Shown here piece by piece: positions 11,469 through 23,107 of a stretch of DNA of 54,363 nt; positions within the stretch are counted from its first letter, which is position 1; every line of letters starts with the position of its first letter. A program made the translations under genes and the position numbers. Source of the stretch: an uncultured Chroococcidiopsis sp. (GTDB lineage Bacteria > Cyanobacteriota > Cyanobacteriia > Cyanobacteriales > Chroococcidiopsidaceae); contig CAXTYC010000014.1 in assembly GCA_964248365.1 (NCBI GenBank), positions 1 through 54,363 on the forward strand, read 5' to 3'. A model generated the notes under the pieces. That model had not been told where the DNA came from. It worked only from the letters and a program-made list of their open reading frames with translations, and made no database searches.

Positions 11469-12803
11469 ATGTTCACCAGCGAAGATACGCTGCAAGCCCT
11501 ACGTGCAGCTGTTCTAATTTCCCCCGATAACCTACCCCTCCGCCAGCACCTAGCAGATACTCTTTTAGGACTAGGGCTATTTGAGGAAGCGGAGAGTGAG
11601 TATCGACTTGCTTTATCATTAATGCCTGAAAATCAACTTCTTCAGCTAGGTCTTGCCCGTGCTTTTTATCAACAAGGCAAGAACACTCAAGCTATGGTAG
11701 TGGTCGAAAATCTCCTCAAGAATTCGCTTGCTCCTGCTTGTGCCTATTTGCTCTATGCTCGGCTCCTCCTGCACACTGGTGACGCACAACAAGCTGTCAA
11801 TTATTACCGTCAGGCTGTTGAACTTGACCCAGATGTGAATGATTCTATTTTAGCTGACAGGCTTGGGATGGCGGATGTAGAAACACATAGAACTCCTATT
11901 ACAAGTTACGACGTAGGCGTAGACATTGAGTTTGAGACATCGCTAGAACGACCCACAATTTCTTTTCAAGATGTGGGTGGGATGGAAGCGCTCAAAGAAG
12001 AAATCCGGCTGAAAATTGTCCATCCGCTCACACATCCAGAAATTTACCAAGCTTATGGTAAGCGAATCGGGGGAGGAGTTTTGATGTACGGTCCTCCTGG
12101 CTGTGGCAAAACTTATCTGGCTAGAGCAACGGCAGGAGAGATTAACGCTAAATTTATATCGGTTGGCATCAATGATGTGCTTGATATGTGGCTTGGTAGC
12201 AGTGAGAAGAATTTGCATGAATTCTTTGAGCAAGCACGATGCAACGCGCCTTGTGTACTTTTTTTTGATGAAGTAGATGCACTTGCTGCCAAACGCAGTG
12301 ATATGCGACATAGTGGCGGTCGGCAAATTATTAATCAGTTTTTAGCAGAACTAGACGGTGTACAAGCCTCTAATGATGGGGTTTTAGTTCTTGCTGCTAC
12401 TAATGCTCCTTGGCATTTAGATTCAGCCTTTCGTAGACCTGGGCGTTTTGACCGAATTATGTTTGTCCCACCGCCTGATCTTGAAGCACGCGCTGCTATT
12501 CTACGTATCCTCTGCCGCAATAAACCGATTGAAGATATTGACTACGAACATTTGACCAAGAAGAGTGCAAATTTTTCTGGAGCAGATTTACAGGCGATCG
12601 TAGATTTGGCTGTGGAGAGAAAGTTACAAGAAGCAATCAAGCAAGGAAGACCCAAACCGCTGACGACTAAAGACCTGCTAGCGGCTGCGAGCAAGATCAA
12701 ACCCTCGGTCACAGAGTGGTTTTCCACCGCCCGTAACTATGCTGTGTACTCAAATGAAAGCGGCATCTACGACGATATCCTCAATTACCTGAAAATCAAA
12801 TGA
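11469..12803 (+). CDS. AAA+ ATPase with N-terminal TPR region
   Basis: DVGG, Walker A GPPGCGKT, pore loop DMWLG, Walker B FFDEVD, SRH ATNAPWHLDSAFRRPGRFD. ATG 11469 preferred over TTG 11397. Confidence 0.92.
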   Translation: MFTSEDTLQALRAAVLISPDNLPLRQHLADTLLGLGLFEEAESEYRLALSLMPENQLLQLGLARAFYQQGKNTQAMVVVENLLKNSLAPACAYLLYARLLLHTGDAQQAVNYYRQAVELDPDVNDSILADRLGMADVETHRTPITSYDVGVDIEFETSLERPTISFQDVGGMEALKEEIRLKIVHPLTHPEIYQAYGKRIGGGVLMYGPPGCGKTYLARATAGEINAKFISVGINDVLDMWLGSSEKNLHEFFEQARCNAPCVLFFDEVDALAAKRSDMRHSGGRQIINQFLAELDGVQASNDGVLVLAATNAPWHLDSAFRRPGRFDRIMFVPPPDLEARAAILRILCRNKPIEDIDYEHLTKKSANFSGADLQAIVDLAVERKLQEAIKQGRPKPLTTKDLLAAASKIKPSVTEWFSTARNYAVYSNESGIYDDILNYLKIK

Positions 12804-13831
12804 GTGCAAGTGTGGAACGAGCAATAATTTTAATTGAACAATTTCGCTATGAATTAGCAGAACAAGAATTGCGGCATCAGCTTGTGATTGATCCAAACAA
12901 TCCCTATGCTCATGCCCTCTTAAGTATATGTTTGATTGAACTTGGGCAGGATCGAGAAGCAATTAAGGAGGCGCAATTAGGAGTTTATTTGGCTCCTGCA
13001 CAAGCTGATACACACTATACTTTAGCAAAAGTTCTTTATATTCAAAGTCAATTCGACAAAGCCAAAATCGCAATTAAAGAGGCAATTCGACTTGATTGGG
13101 AAATAGCAGAATATTTTGCTTTGTTATCAGCTATCGAGTTGGCTTGTGGCGATCGCACTAAAGCTTTATTGGATGCCCAACGTGGTTTGAGCATCGATCC
13201 TGAACATTTATATTGTCTCAATCTTCATGCGATGGCTTTGTCACAGCTAAATCGTTACCAGGAAGCACAAAATACCCTAGAAATTGCTATTGCTAAAGAG
13301 CCAGAAAATGGTATCACCTATAATACTCAAGGCTGGGCATTTTTATATAGTGGCGATTTTAACAATGCTTTGAAATGTTTTCGTGAAGCGCTGCGACTTA
13401 ACCCTGAACAGGAGCGGGCAAGAAAAGGAATGCTTGAGGCTCTTCGAGCTAGATATTCGCTCTATCGTCTTATTTTTAAGTTTGAACTATGGTTATATAG
13501 ATTGAATTGGTCAAGCCGCTTATTTATTATTTTTAGCATCTTTTTTCTTAGCATATTTAAGGTGTTTTTTTTAATATTATTACTATCTATTTTGTTGCTA
13601 GGAATTGCCAAACCTGTATTTACTCTCATACTACGGTTTGACTTTTACGGACGATTAACACTCTCTCAGTCAGAAATAGCTGCCTCTAATTGGTCAGGGT
13701 TGGCACTTTTGTTAGCTGTTACTGCCTTCGTTGGATGGATAATAACAAATAACTCTGGTACAGTCCTGGCTGCTGTTATGTGTTTATTCCTAGTTAAATT
13801 TGTCGCCCAGTTAGCTGAAGGGGGCGGATAG
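12800..13831 (+). CDS. TPR-repeat protein with C-terminal transmembrane helices (possibly truncated)
   Basis: Several TPR motifs (e.g. ALKCFREALRLNPE); hydrophobic C-terminus; ATGA overlap with the ATPase. Confidence 0.85.
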   Translation: MSASVERAIILIEQFRYELAEQELRHQLVIDPNNPYAHALLSICLIELGQDREAIKEAQLGVYLAPAQADTHYTLAKVLYIQSQFDKAKIAIKEAIRLDWEIAEYFALLSAIELACGDRTKALLDAQRGLSIDPEHLYCLNLHAMALSQLNRYQEAQNTLEIAIAKEPENGITYNTQGWAFLYSGDFNNALKCFREALRLNPEQERARKGMLEALRARYSLYRLIFKFELWLYRLNWSSRLFIIFSIFFLSIFKVFFLILLLSILLLGIAKPVFTLILRFDFYGRLTLSQSEIAASNWSGLALLLAVTAFVGWIITNNSGTVLAAVMCLFLVKFVAQLAEGGG

Positions 13832-14182
13832 GAACACCTAGCTATAATTACTTTTATTGTATCGGTATCTATATTAAGGGTTTTGTTATCAACTGGACTA
13901 TTATTTATAAATCAATCAACATCACAAACGGAAATTGGCGTTTTTATTCGGCTACTCTTATAGTTTTATTAAAATTTTTTATGAGTTTCAAGCAAAGCTA
14001 TATATAGCTATATATAAGGATATCAGAATTCGATTAAAGAGCATTGTCTAAAGCTCTACGTTAACAGTATGGGCTGGTGTAGCGATAGAAAAAGAATCAG
14101 TCTTATTATTTCTACGGCTAAGCTTCTTGCCCCTTGCAAAAGTAAAAATTAGACACCTTGAAAGGGCAGGTTCATGGGATAT

Positions 14183-14214
14183 AAAAAAAGGGGGTTCTTG
14201 TCAGAACCCCTTTT
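14183..14214 (-). terminator. Intrinsic terminator of tkt (possibly bidirectional)
   Basis: GGGGTTCT-TGTC-AGAACCCC stem flanked by A7 and T4 runs. Confidence 0.8.
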
Positions 14215-14270
14215 ACTTGACTATTAAAGCTATTTACAAAGGCAACCTTCGAGAGGCGATATATCGCTTA

Positions 14271-16301
14271 TTAGCCCAACAAAGTTTTTGCCTTGGCTAC
14301 TACGTTATCTACAGTGAAGCCAAACTTCTCCATAACGACATTACCAGGAGCTGAAGAACCATATTGATCGATACCAATAGCAATACCTTCATCGCCAACA
14401 TAACGACACCAACCAAAGGTAACGCCTGCTTCCACCGACACCCGCTTCTTCACAGCTTTAGGCAATACGGATTCACGATACTGCTCATCCTGCTCTTGGA
14501 ACAGTTCCCAACTAGGCATTGAAACTACCCGAACTTTCTTGCCTTCGCCGCGCAACACATCAGCTGCCTTGACACAAAGTTGAGTTTCGCTACCTGTCCC
14601 GATCAAAATCAGATCAGGTGTGCCATCGCTATCAGATAGGATGTAAGCACCCTTGGTAACACCATCAATCGAGCTACCAGCCAGGTTTGGTACGGCTTGA
14701 CGAGTTAGGGCGAGTAGGGTAGGACGTACCTTGTTACCAGCTCTCTTTCCTTTAGCGGCTTTAATCGCAACTTTGTAAGCCCCAGATGTTTCATTTCCAT
14801 CAGCAGGGCGGATGACATACAAGTCGGGAATCGCCCGTAAGGAAGCTACGTGTTCAACTGGTTGGTGAGTAGGACCATCTTCACCCAAAGCGATCGAGTC
14901 GTGAGTCATAACATAGATTACACCAGCTTCCGACAAAGCAGACAAGCGAATTGCCGCCCGCATATAGTCAGTGAAGACTAGGAATGTGGCACAATAGGGA
15001 ATTAGCCCCGATCCATCAAGGGCAAGTCCATTACAGATCGAACCCATACCATGTTCGCGTACACCAAAGCGGAAGTAGCGGTTTTGGTATTGTCCTTTTT
15101 GGAAGTCTCCCGAATTCTTCAGCTGGGTATTGTTAGAAGGAGCTAAGTCAGCAGAACCACCAACTAGTTCTGGAAGAACTTCAGCCAAAGCGTTGAGGCA
15201 ATTACCGGAGTGAACGCGGGTAGCTATTGCCTTGTCTTCGGGCTTGTAGGTAGGTAGAACACTATCCCATCCCTCTGGCAGTTCAGCTTCATGCATCCGG
15301 TCTAATGTTGCGGCTTCTTGGGGATATTGCTCTTTGTAGCGAGCAAACAGTTGATTCCACTCTTCTTCAAGTTTTGCCCCTTTAGGAATCGCCTGTCGCC
15401 AGTGGTTGAGCGCGTCTTCTGGCACTTCAAACGGAGGATAATTCCAACCTAGGTGTTCGCGGGTGGCTTGAACTTCATCCGCACCCAAAGCTTCACCGTG
15501 AGCGTGACGGGTATTGGCTTTTTTGGGTGAACCATAACCGATGGTTGTCCGCACCTTAATCATAGAAGGCTTATCGGTTACGGCTTTAGCTTCTTCAATT
15601 GCTTTTTGAATGGCATCAAGATCGGTGTTACCATCTTCTACAACCTGGACGTGCCAGCCGTAAGCCTCAAACCGCTTACCAACATCTTCTGTAAAAGCTA
15701 GGTCGGTGGAACCGTCGATAGAAATATGATTGTCGTCGTATAGAGCAATTAGCTTGCCAAGTCCCAGGTGTCCAGCCAAAGAACAAGCTTCGCTCGACAC
15801 GCCTTCCATGTTGCAACCATCACCTAGAATAACGTAGGTGTAGTGGTCAATGATGGGGAAATCTGGTTTGTTGAAAGTGGCTGCCATGTGAGCTTCAGCC
15901 ATTGCAATTCCCACACCATTGGCGATACCTTGCCCCAAAGGTCCAGTGGTAATCTCGACCCCAGGATTCATAAAGTTTTCTGGGTGTCCGGGAGTTTTAG
16001 ATTCCCATTGACGGAATTGCTTGAGGTCTTCAAGGGTGAGATCTTCGTATCCGGTTAGGTACAGTAGGGCATACAGCAACATACTGCCATGACCCGCCGA
16101 AAGCAAGAAGCGATCGCGATTTAGCCAAGCCGGATTTTTCGGATTAAACCGCAAAAAGCGGTCCCATAGCACAAATGCCATTGGCGCAGCGCCCATCGGC
16201 AATCCTGGGTGACCAGACTTTGCCTTTTCTACGGCATCAATTGCGAGAAAGCGGATTGAATTAATACAAAGCTCTTCGAGGGATTGGGTTGCAACAGCCA
16301 T
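14271..16301 (-). CDS. tkt: Transketolase
   Basis: [44 protein letters not shown]. Confidence 0.98.
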   Translation of the reverse strand: MAVATQSLEELCINSIRFLAIDAVEKAKSGHPGLPMGAAPMAFVLWDRFLRFNPKNPAWLNRDRFLLSAGHGSMLLYALLYLTGYEDLTLEDLKQFRQWESKTPGHPENFMNPGVEITTGPLGQGIANGVGIAMAEAHMAATFNKPDFPIIDHYTYVILGDGCNMEGVSSEACSLAGHLGLGKLIALYDDNHISIDGSTDLAFTEDVGKRFEAYGWHVQVVEDGNTDLDAIQKAIEEAKAVTDKPSMIKVRTTIGYGSPKKANTRHAHGEALGADEVQATREHLGWNYPPFEVPEDALNHWRQAIPKGAKLEEEWNQLFARYKEQYPQEAATLDRMHEAELPEGWDSVLPTYKPEDKAIATRVHSGNCLNALAEVLPELVGGSADLAPSNNTQLKNSGDFQKGQYQNRYFRFGVREHGMGSICNGLALDGSGLIPYCATFLVFTDYMRAAIRLSALSEAGVIYVMTHDSIALGEDGPTHQPVEHVASLRAIPDLYVIRPADGNETSGAYKVAIKAAKGKRAGNKVRPTLLALTRQAVPNLAGSSIDGVTKGAYILSDSDGTPDLILIGTGSETQLCVKAADVLRGEGKKVRVVSMPSWELFQEQDEQYRESVLPKAVKKRVSVEAGVTFGWCRYVGDEGIAIGIDQYGSSAPGNVVMEKFGFTVDNVVAKAKTLLG

Positions 16302-16505
16302 ATTTTCTCTAGTTGTTAACGACAGTTAAGCACAGCCATTGGCGGGGCAAAATCTGAATGCTTGGAATCGCCCTAGGGACGTATTACCGATCATCCCATT
16401 CTTATGGATTGAACAGCAAGCATCTCTCTAGTGATTAGTGACTAGTGGCTAGTGACTAGAGAAAAACCAAACACTAGCCACTGGTTCCACCGGTTCCACC
16501 AGCCA

Positions 16506-17759
16506 CTAATCAACGTACTTCTTGAATGCTAATGTAACGTTGTGACCACCAAAGCCAAAAGAATTTGATAGTGCTACCTCCACTAATTGATTGCGGCTTG
16601 TGTGAGGGACATAATCGAGATCGCATTCTGGATCGGGATTGTCTAAATTGATCGTGGGTGGAATTGAGTCGTTAGCGATCGCCAAGACGGTTGCAACTGC
16701 CTCAATTCCACCACTACCGCCCAACAGATGACCAGTCATCGACTTAGTTGAGCTAATTGGTATTTTGTAGGCACAATCACCCAAAGCTTTTTTGATTGCT
16801 GCGGTTTCAGTTACGTCATTTGCGGTTGTGCTAGTTCCGTGAGCGTTAATGTAGCTTACCTGCCTGGGGCTGATCTTGGCATCTTTCATTGCCAGCATGA
16901 TAGCTCTTGTTGCTCCATCTCCACCTGGTACTGGTGATGTCATGTGGTAAGCATCACACGTCATGCCATAGCCGACAATTTCAGCATATATTTTTGCGCC
17001 GCGACTTTTGGCGTGTTCTAGTTCCTCCAGTAGTAAAATACCAGAGCCTTCGCCCATGACAAAGCCATTGCGATCGCGGTCAAACGGGCGGCTAGCATGG
17101 GCAGGATCGTTATTGCGCGTCGAAAGCGCGCGGGCAGATGCAAACCCTGCTACTGACAAAGGTGTAACGGCTGCTTCCGCACCACCACACAGCATTGCCT
17201 GGGCATAACCGCCTTGAATTAGCCGGAAAGCGTCACCCACTGCGTTAGAACCCGCAGCACAGGCTGTTACTGGGCAGGAGTTAGGTCCTTTTGCTCCAGT
17301 ATGAATTGCCGCTAAACCCGCTGCCATATTAGAGATCATCATCGGCACCATGAAGGGGCTACAACGGTCGGGACCTTTGGTCAGGTAGACCGTTTGCTGG
17401 TCTTCCAAAACTTTGATTCCACCTACCCCTGAGCCAATAATTACACCTACTTGTTCTGCGTTCAGTTCATTGATGACAAAAGAGGCATCGGCGATCGCTT
17501 GCAAACTGGCTGCTACTGCAAATTGAGCAAATCGATCCATCCGCTTGGCATCTTTGCTGTCCAAGTATTGCTCTGGATCGAATCCTTTTACTTCTCCTGC
17601 AATGCGGCATTTATGTTGCGAAGCATCAAATAATGTGATTGAACCAATGCCATTGCGACCGCTCAATAATCCTTCCCAGTACTCGGCGATCGTATTGCCA
17701 ATCGGCGTAACAGCGCCGACACCCGTCACAACAACTCGTTTCACATCAAAATCTGTCAT
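16506..17759 (-). CDS. fabF: 3-oxoacyl-ACP synthase II
   Basis: TACAAG, NAHGTST, KSMTGHLLG, SNSFGFGGHN; downstream of acpP. Confidence 0.97.
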   Translation of the reverse strand: MTDFDVKRVVVTGVGAVTPIGNTIAEYWEGLLSGRNGIGSITLFDASQHKCRIAGEVKGFDPEQYLDSKDAKRMDRFAQFAVAASLQAIADASFVINELNAEQVGVIIGSGVGGIKVLEDQQTVYLTKGPDRCSPFMVPMMISNMAAGLAAIHTGAKGPNSCPVTACAAGSNAVGDAFRLIQGGYAQAMLCGGAEAAVTPLSVAGFASARALSTRNNDPAHASRPFDRDRNGFVMGEGSGILLLEELEHAKSRGAKIYAEIVGYGMTCDAYHMTSPVPGGDGATRAIMLAMKDAKISPRQVSYINAHGTSTTANDVTETAAIKKALGDCAYKIPISSTKSMTGHLLGGSGGIEAVATVLAIANDSIPPTINLDNPDPECDLDYVPHTSRNQLVEVALSNSFGFGGHNVTLAFKKYVD

Positions 17760-17797
17760 AACTCAAGTCAAAGCCTGCTTCCCACCCGTCAAATAAG

Positions 17798-17950
17798 TAT
17801 GAAGTGTGAAGGATGAAGGCGCGAAGTGTGAAGGAGACAGGAGACAGGAGACAGGAGATAGAACACAGAAAACAGAATATTTAATTCTTTCCCTTTTACC
17901 TTTACCCTTTTACCTTTACCCTTTACCCTTTTTGCCTTTATCCTTTAATC
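17798..17950. repeat. STRR cluster (GAAGTGT-like, GGAGACA, CCTTTTA/CCTTTAC) between acpP and fabF
   Basis: Heptamer tandem units read directly. Confidence 0.8.
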
Positions 17951-17960
17951 TTCACAATTT

Positions 17961-18212
17961 CTAAGCGGATGTGGCTACTTTATTGCTGATATAATCTACT
18001 GCTTGTTGTACTGTCGTAATCTGTTCGGCTGCCTCATCGGGAATTTCTATATCAAATTCTTCTTCTAAAGCCATCACCAATTCGACTGTATCTAGAGAGT
18101 CAGCCCCTAGATCGTTAGCAAAGTTAGATTGGGGTGTAACTTTGCTAGCTTCGACACTCAGTTGGTCGGTGACGATTTTCTTGACTTTCTCGAAAATTTC
18201 TGCTTCGCTCAT
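17961..18212 (-). CDS. acpP: Acyl carrier protein
   Basis: [20 protein letters not shown]. Confidence 0.98.
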   Translation of the reverse strand: MSEAEIFEKVKKIVTDQLSVEASKVTPQSNFANDLGADSLDTVELVMALEEEFDIEIPDEAAEQITTVQQAVDYISNKVATSA

Positions 18213-18542
18213 AAAAAAATCCTTAACCAGTTGCTAGAACCACCAAATTCGGGTGATATGGTTTTAAGCATATTTATCTTATCGGAAAGAGCGATCGCAT
18301 TTATCCGTACATGGTCTGTTTTCTGATTGTCACTAAATGAGGGGCTAGGGGCTAGGGAGAGAGCAGGGGGAGCAAAGGGTAGCGCAGGCAAGATGCCTGC
18401 AAAGGAGCTGGGGGGAAATTACCCTTTTACCTTTTACCTTTCCCTTTTCCCCTTCAAGCCCCTAGCACTAGTCCCTTTTTTAAAGTTAGTCTAGATTTAT
18501 CCTACCCTAGTCCCTAGCAAGAGCGCCCCTAGCCCTATTTTT

Positions 18543-19445
18543 ATGTCATCCCATTTAAAATATGCTTACTTCCCTGGCTGTGTTGCTCAAGGAGCTTGTC
18601 GGGAACTTTACCAATCAACTCAAGCTTTAACCGAAGCTTTAGGCATTGAACTGATTGAATTAAAAAAAGCTGCCTGTTGCGGCTCTGGTACTTTTAAAGA
18701 GGATTCCCAGCTACTGGAAGATACAGTAAATGCCCGCAATATTGCTTTGGCTGAAGAATTAAATCTGCCACTGCTTACCCATTGCAGCACTTGTCAAGGA
18801 GTTATTGGTCATGTAGATGAACGGCTGAAGCAATGTCAGAAAAATGACCCCACTTATATGCAGCAGGTTAACGGTTTACTACAAAAAGAAGGCTGTTTGC
18901 CTTATCGCGGCAGTACAGAAGTGAAACATTTGCTGTATGCTCTAGTGGCTGATTATGGTCTAGAAGAAATTCGGCAAAGAGTAACCCGTGGGCTAAGTGG
19001 GTTGAAGTGTGCATCATTTTATGGCTGTTATTTACTTCGCGCTCAAAAATCGATGCCCTATGACGATCCTTTCAATCCGCAAGCAATGGAAAATGTATTT
19101 CGGGCAGTAGGAGCAACACCGATATATTATCGAGGACGGACTCAGTGCTGTGGATGGCCTCTTTCTAGCTATGCTACCGATCAAGCCTTCAAAATGGCTG
19201 GGATGCATATTCAGGATGCGATCGCTAGTGGTGCTGATTGTATGATTACGCCGTGTCCTCTATGTCACCTCAATCTAGATTCTCGTCAACCAGAAGTAGA
19301 AAAGGTAATTGGTAAAAAACTCGGCTTGCCCGTGCTACATTTACCCCAATTGATCGCTTTGGCATTGGGAGTTAAGCCTAAACAGCTAGGCTTAGAGCGT
19401 CACATTGTTTCTACTCGTCCCGTCTTGGAAAAATTGGGATTTTAG
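18543..19445 (+). CDS. Heterodisulfide reductase subunit B-like protein (CCG domains)
   Basis: YFPGC, CCG..CSTC, FYGC, CCG..CPLC; divergent from acpP. Confidence 0.9.
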   Translation: MSSHLKYAYFPGCVAQGACRELYQSTQALTEALGIELIELKKAACCGSGTFKEDSQLLEDTVNARNIALAEELNLPLLTHCSTCQGVIGHVDERLKQCQKNDPTYMQQVNGLLQKEGCLPYRGSTEVKHLLYALVADYGLEEIRQRVTRGLSGLKCASFYGCYLLRAQKSMPYDDPFNPQAMENVFRAVGATPIYYRGRTQCCGWPLSSYATDQAFKMAGMHIQDAIASGADCMITPCPLCHLNLDSRQPEVEKVIGKKLGLPVLHLPQLIALALGVKPKQLGLERHIVSTRPVLEKLGF

Positions 19446-19451
19446 CATAAC

Positions 19452-19513
19452 TAGGGGCAAGTTTAACAGACATATTTGTTAGTAGCAGATATGTTAGAAA
19501 AACTCGCCCCTAC
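19452..19513. repeat. REP-like inverted repeat
   Basis: TAGGGGCAAGTTT...AAACTCGCCCCTAC arms just after the HdrB-like stop. Confidence 0.65.
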
Positions 19514-19540
19514 AAAGGTTAAATCAGGAACGCTCCGGTA

Positions 19541-19810
19541 TACCCAGACATATCGCTGCACTTAGGAGACATTATTGGTTTATTAGGTTTAAGTTCAGTT
19601 ACTATTGGTTTTGCTTTCCGAGATATTTTTAAGAATTTTTTAGCAGGAGTACTGCTGTTACTAAACGAACCATTTCGTTACTGGACATTACCACAAAAAG
19701 TACAGGTGCGCTCTTCCAGCACCCCTGCGATCGCAGCCATCAAACAAGACTTGCGATCGCAAGGGTATTTCCATTTCCCACCCAATTCGCACATACCACT
19801 ACAACCCCCC
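19541..19810 (+). pseudogene. MscS-family mechanosensitive channel remnant
   Basis: LGDIIGLLGLSSVTIGFAFRDIFKNFLAGVLLLLNEPFR (TM2-TM3 signature) joined directly to C-terminal-like YWTLPQKVQVR...AIAAIKQ; no start codon. Missing from the ORF track. Confidence 0.8.
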
Positions 19811-20071
19811 TTCAGGAAACTGAAGAAATCTAGTGCCTGCTTTGATTTAGTGTCTGCTTTGATGAAAATAGTATAAATTATTTACTTCCTTTCTAGTAGT
19901 ATTTACTATATTGTAGTAAGCATAAATTAATACGTACTTAAATTACGAATGCTTAAATTATGTGTGCTACAATCAGCCCAAACTTAAATAATGTGTGCAT
20001 CACCAGGTAGCGGTAATACCGTTACTTAAGTAAAAATTTACTCTAATGTATTAAATTCTATTGCCGCCTAA

Positions 20072-23070
20072 ATGGAAGCGGTGGATTTTGGTATGTCTAC
20101 ATTTACACCTCAAGAAACCCAGGCACACAAACGGTATCAGTGCTATTGCCTCAATCGAGCTTGTTTGTATCCAGAAAATCTATATGATGCCCAGGTTTGC
20201 CAAAGTTGCGGTTCTAATTTATTGCTACAAGGACGCTTCCGAGCGATTAAACTGATTGGTCAAGGGGGATTTGGTAAAACCTTTCTAGCAGTAGATGCCC
20301 AGCAATTCCAACCGTCGTACTGCGTGATTAAGCAGTTTTTTCCTCAACAAGGTATTAACAATACCGAAAAAGCGGCAGAATTATTTCATCAAGAAGCCGA
20401 ACGCCTAGAGTTGCTGGGCGAACATCCTCAGATTCCCAAACTAATAGCATATTTTGAGCAACAGTGCCAGTATCTGATACAAGAATTTATAGATGGTCGC
20501 AATCTAGCCCAAGAATTAGCACAAGAGGGAGCATTCAACGAAACCAAGATTCGGCAACTGCTTGGGGAGTTGTTACCAATACTGCAATTTGTCCATGAAC
20601 AAAAAGTGATTCATCGGGACATCAAACCGGAAAACATCATTCGCCGCAAAAGTGATGGTAGTCTGGTTTTAGTCGTTGGTGCTACCAAACACACTTGTGA
20701 GACGACGCTGGGCAGAACTGGCACAATAATTGGCTCTGCTGCCTATGCTGCACCAGAACAAGTCAGAGGTAAAGCTGTTTTTGCTAGCGATATCTATAGC
20801 TTGGGTGTCACCTGCATTCATCTACTCACACTCGTACCGCCGTTTGATTTATTTGATGGTAGCGAGGATACTTGGGCATGGCGACATTACCTATCTCGAA
20901 AAACACGCATTAGTAATGAATTGGGTAAAGTACTGGACAAAATGCTGCAAAGCGCTACTAAGCAGCGTTATCAGTCAGCCGATGATGTTTTCAAAGACTT
21001 AAATAAAACATTGTTTCCAACTGCGTCTACTAAGTCTAGAAAACCATTGTACATGGTAGGTGGCGCTACCCTACTGTTGGCATTGGTAGCAGGAGCATTG
21101 TACCACCAACCTCTACCCCAGCAACTGGTAAGCAGCCCTGTTGAAGAGTCTACCTCTCAACCGCGTTTGTTCCCCACTTTGACGCAACCAGGATTACACG
21201 TTTTGTCTCCAGACGGACAGCAGCAGGAATTTCCGTTGCAACATACCGAAGTGATGGCAAAAATTGCTGGGAATGTGTCGCGGGTGGAAGTAACACAGAC
21301 ATTTACCAATCCTTTTGAGAAACCCTTAGAAGCTGTCTATGTTTTTCCACTACCTGACTCGTCGGCGGTGGATGATATGGAAATCAAAATAGGCGATCGC
21401 GTAATCCAAGGTACGATTAAAAAACGCGAAGATGCCCAAATCTACCAGCCAGCGAAGCAGTCAGGTAAAACTGCTGGTCTTTTAGAACAACAGCGAGATA
21501 ATATTTTCACTCAGTCCCTTGCTAACATCAAGCCTGGGGAAAAAATTGATGTGACAATTCGCTATACACAAAGCCTAAAATTTGTCAAGAATGACTACGA
21601 ATTCGTTTTTCCCTCAGTTGTAGCACAACGCTACACAGGGGGAACTGACCAGGTGAGCGATGCAGGTTCGATTACTCCGCCCACCTACAGCGAGCAAATC
21701 CTTTCTGGACACGATATGGGTGTAACGGTGGAAATCGAAGCGGGTGTGCCAGTGCAAAACGTGTATTCTCCCTCTCATCAAATCCACACTCAACAAGACG
21801 GGCGCATCTTACGGGTACAACTCGACCAAAAAGATACGATTCCTAATAAAGATCTAATTCTACGCTATCAAGTTGCTGGCAAAGACACTTAAACAACGAC
21901 TTTAGCACAAGCGGATGAAAGAGGCGGTCACTTTGCTACTTATCTAATTCCAGCGGTTGCGTATCAAAACGATGAGATTGTGCCAAAGGATGTGGTATTT
22001 CTCATCGATACTTCGGGATCGCAATCAGGCGCACCGCTAGAGGAATAGATCTCACTAATGCGTCGATTTGTCAATGAGTTGAATGCCAATGATACGTTTA
22101 CAATCATTGACTTTGCTAATACGGCGAGGGCGCTATCACCGACACCTTTACAGAATACAGCCGAAAATCGCGCCAAAGCGATCGCTTACATCAATCGTCT
22201 AGAAGCCGATGGTGGTACTGAATTACTCAATGGTATCAACACAGTGCTGAATTTCCCTCCAGCCCAAGCGGGGCGCTTGCGTAGCGTTGTCTTACTTACA
22301 GACGGCTTGATTGAAGATGATAATGCAGTATATTTCCCTTGTACAAAGCAAGCTCAAGCCTGGAAATCGGCTTTATAGTTTTGGGGTAGGTAGTTCAGTT
22401 AATCGTTTCCTAATTGATCGCTTGGCAGAAGTGGGACGAGGAACCGCCTCTGTTGTCCGTCATGATGAACCCACCGATAAAGTGGTGGAAAAGTTCTTTG
22501 AGCAAATCAATAATCCCGTATTGACTAATATTGAGGTGCAATGGGAAGGTTCGGGGACACCACCAGAAATTTACCCCCTCAAGCCACCAGATTTATTTGC
22601 TAATCAGCCATTGGTGTTATTTGGTCGAAAACCAGATCGCAGCAGTGGTAATTTGAGAATTACTGGTATCGCGGCGGGTGGTAAACGCTACGAGAAGACG
22701 ATTCCGGTTGAGTTTGAGCCTGGTGGTAATGAAGCGATCGCACAACTTTGGGGAAGAGCGAAAATTAAAGATTTGATGGATCGGATGTTTAATACTGAAA
22801 CACCAGATAAAGTTAAACAGGTGAGCGAAGTAGCGATCGCAAGCTCGGTTATTGTCTAAATACACTGCATTTGTCGCCGTCACCCAAGACGTGCGAGTTG
22901 ATCCTAACGACAACAAACTACAAAATCTTGTGCCAGTATTAACCCCAAACGGTATGCTTCCCCAAGCCCCCACCCCAAACGCTACAGTACCAGAACCCAG
23001 CCAAGTACTGGGTAACTTGCTAGCAGTCATCTCTCTAGGGATATACTTTGCCTGGAAACGGTTAAAGTAG
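20072..23070 (+). pseudogene. Ser/Thr kinase-TM-VIT-vWA-PEP-CTERM fusion with multiple lesions
   Basis: 4-Cys prefix, GQGGFGKT and HRDIKPEN present, DFG lost (LVVGA). VIT (EAVYVFPLP), vWA MIDAS (DTSGS, LLTDG), VPEP-TM-KRLK tail. Stops at 21890 and ~22046; frameshifts near 22330 and 22850. Confidence 0.85.
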
Positions 23071-23087
23071 GGTGGGCATTGCCCACC
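23067..23087. repeat. GTAG-type REP-like palindrome
   Basis: GTAGGGTGGGCATTGCCCACC; near-identical copy at 32416-32440; another GTAG hairpin at 18379-18400. Confidence 0.75.
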
Positions 23088-23107
23088 GTTGTATATAGTT
23101 GGTAAAA

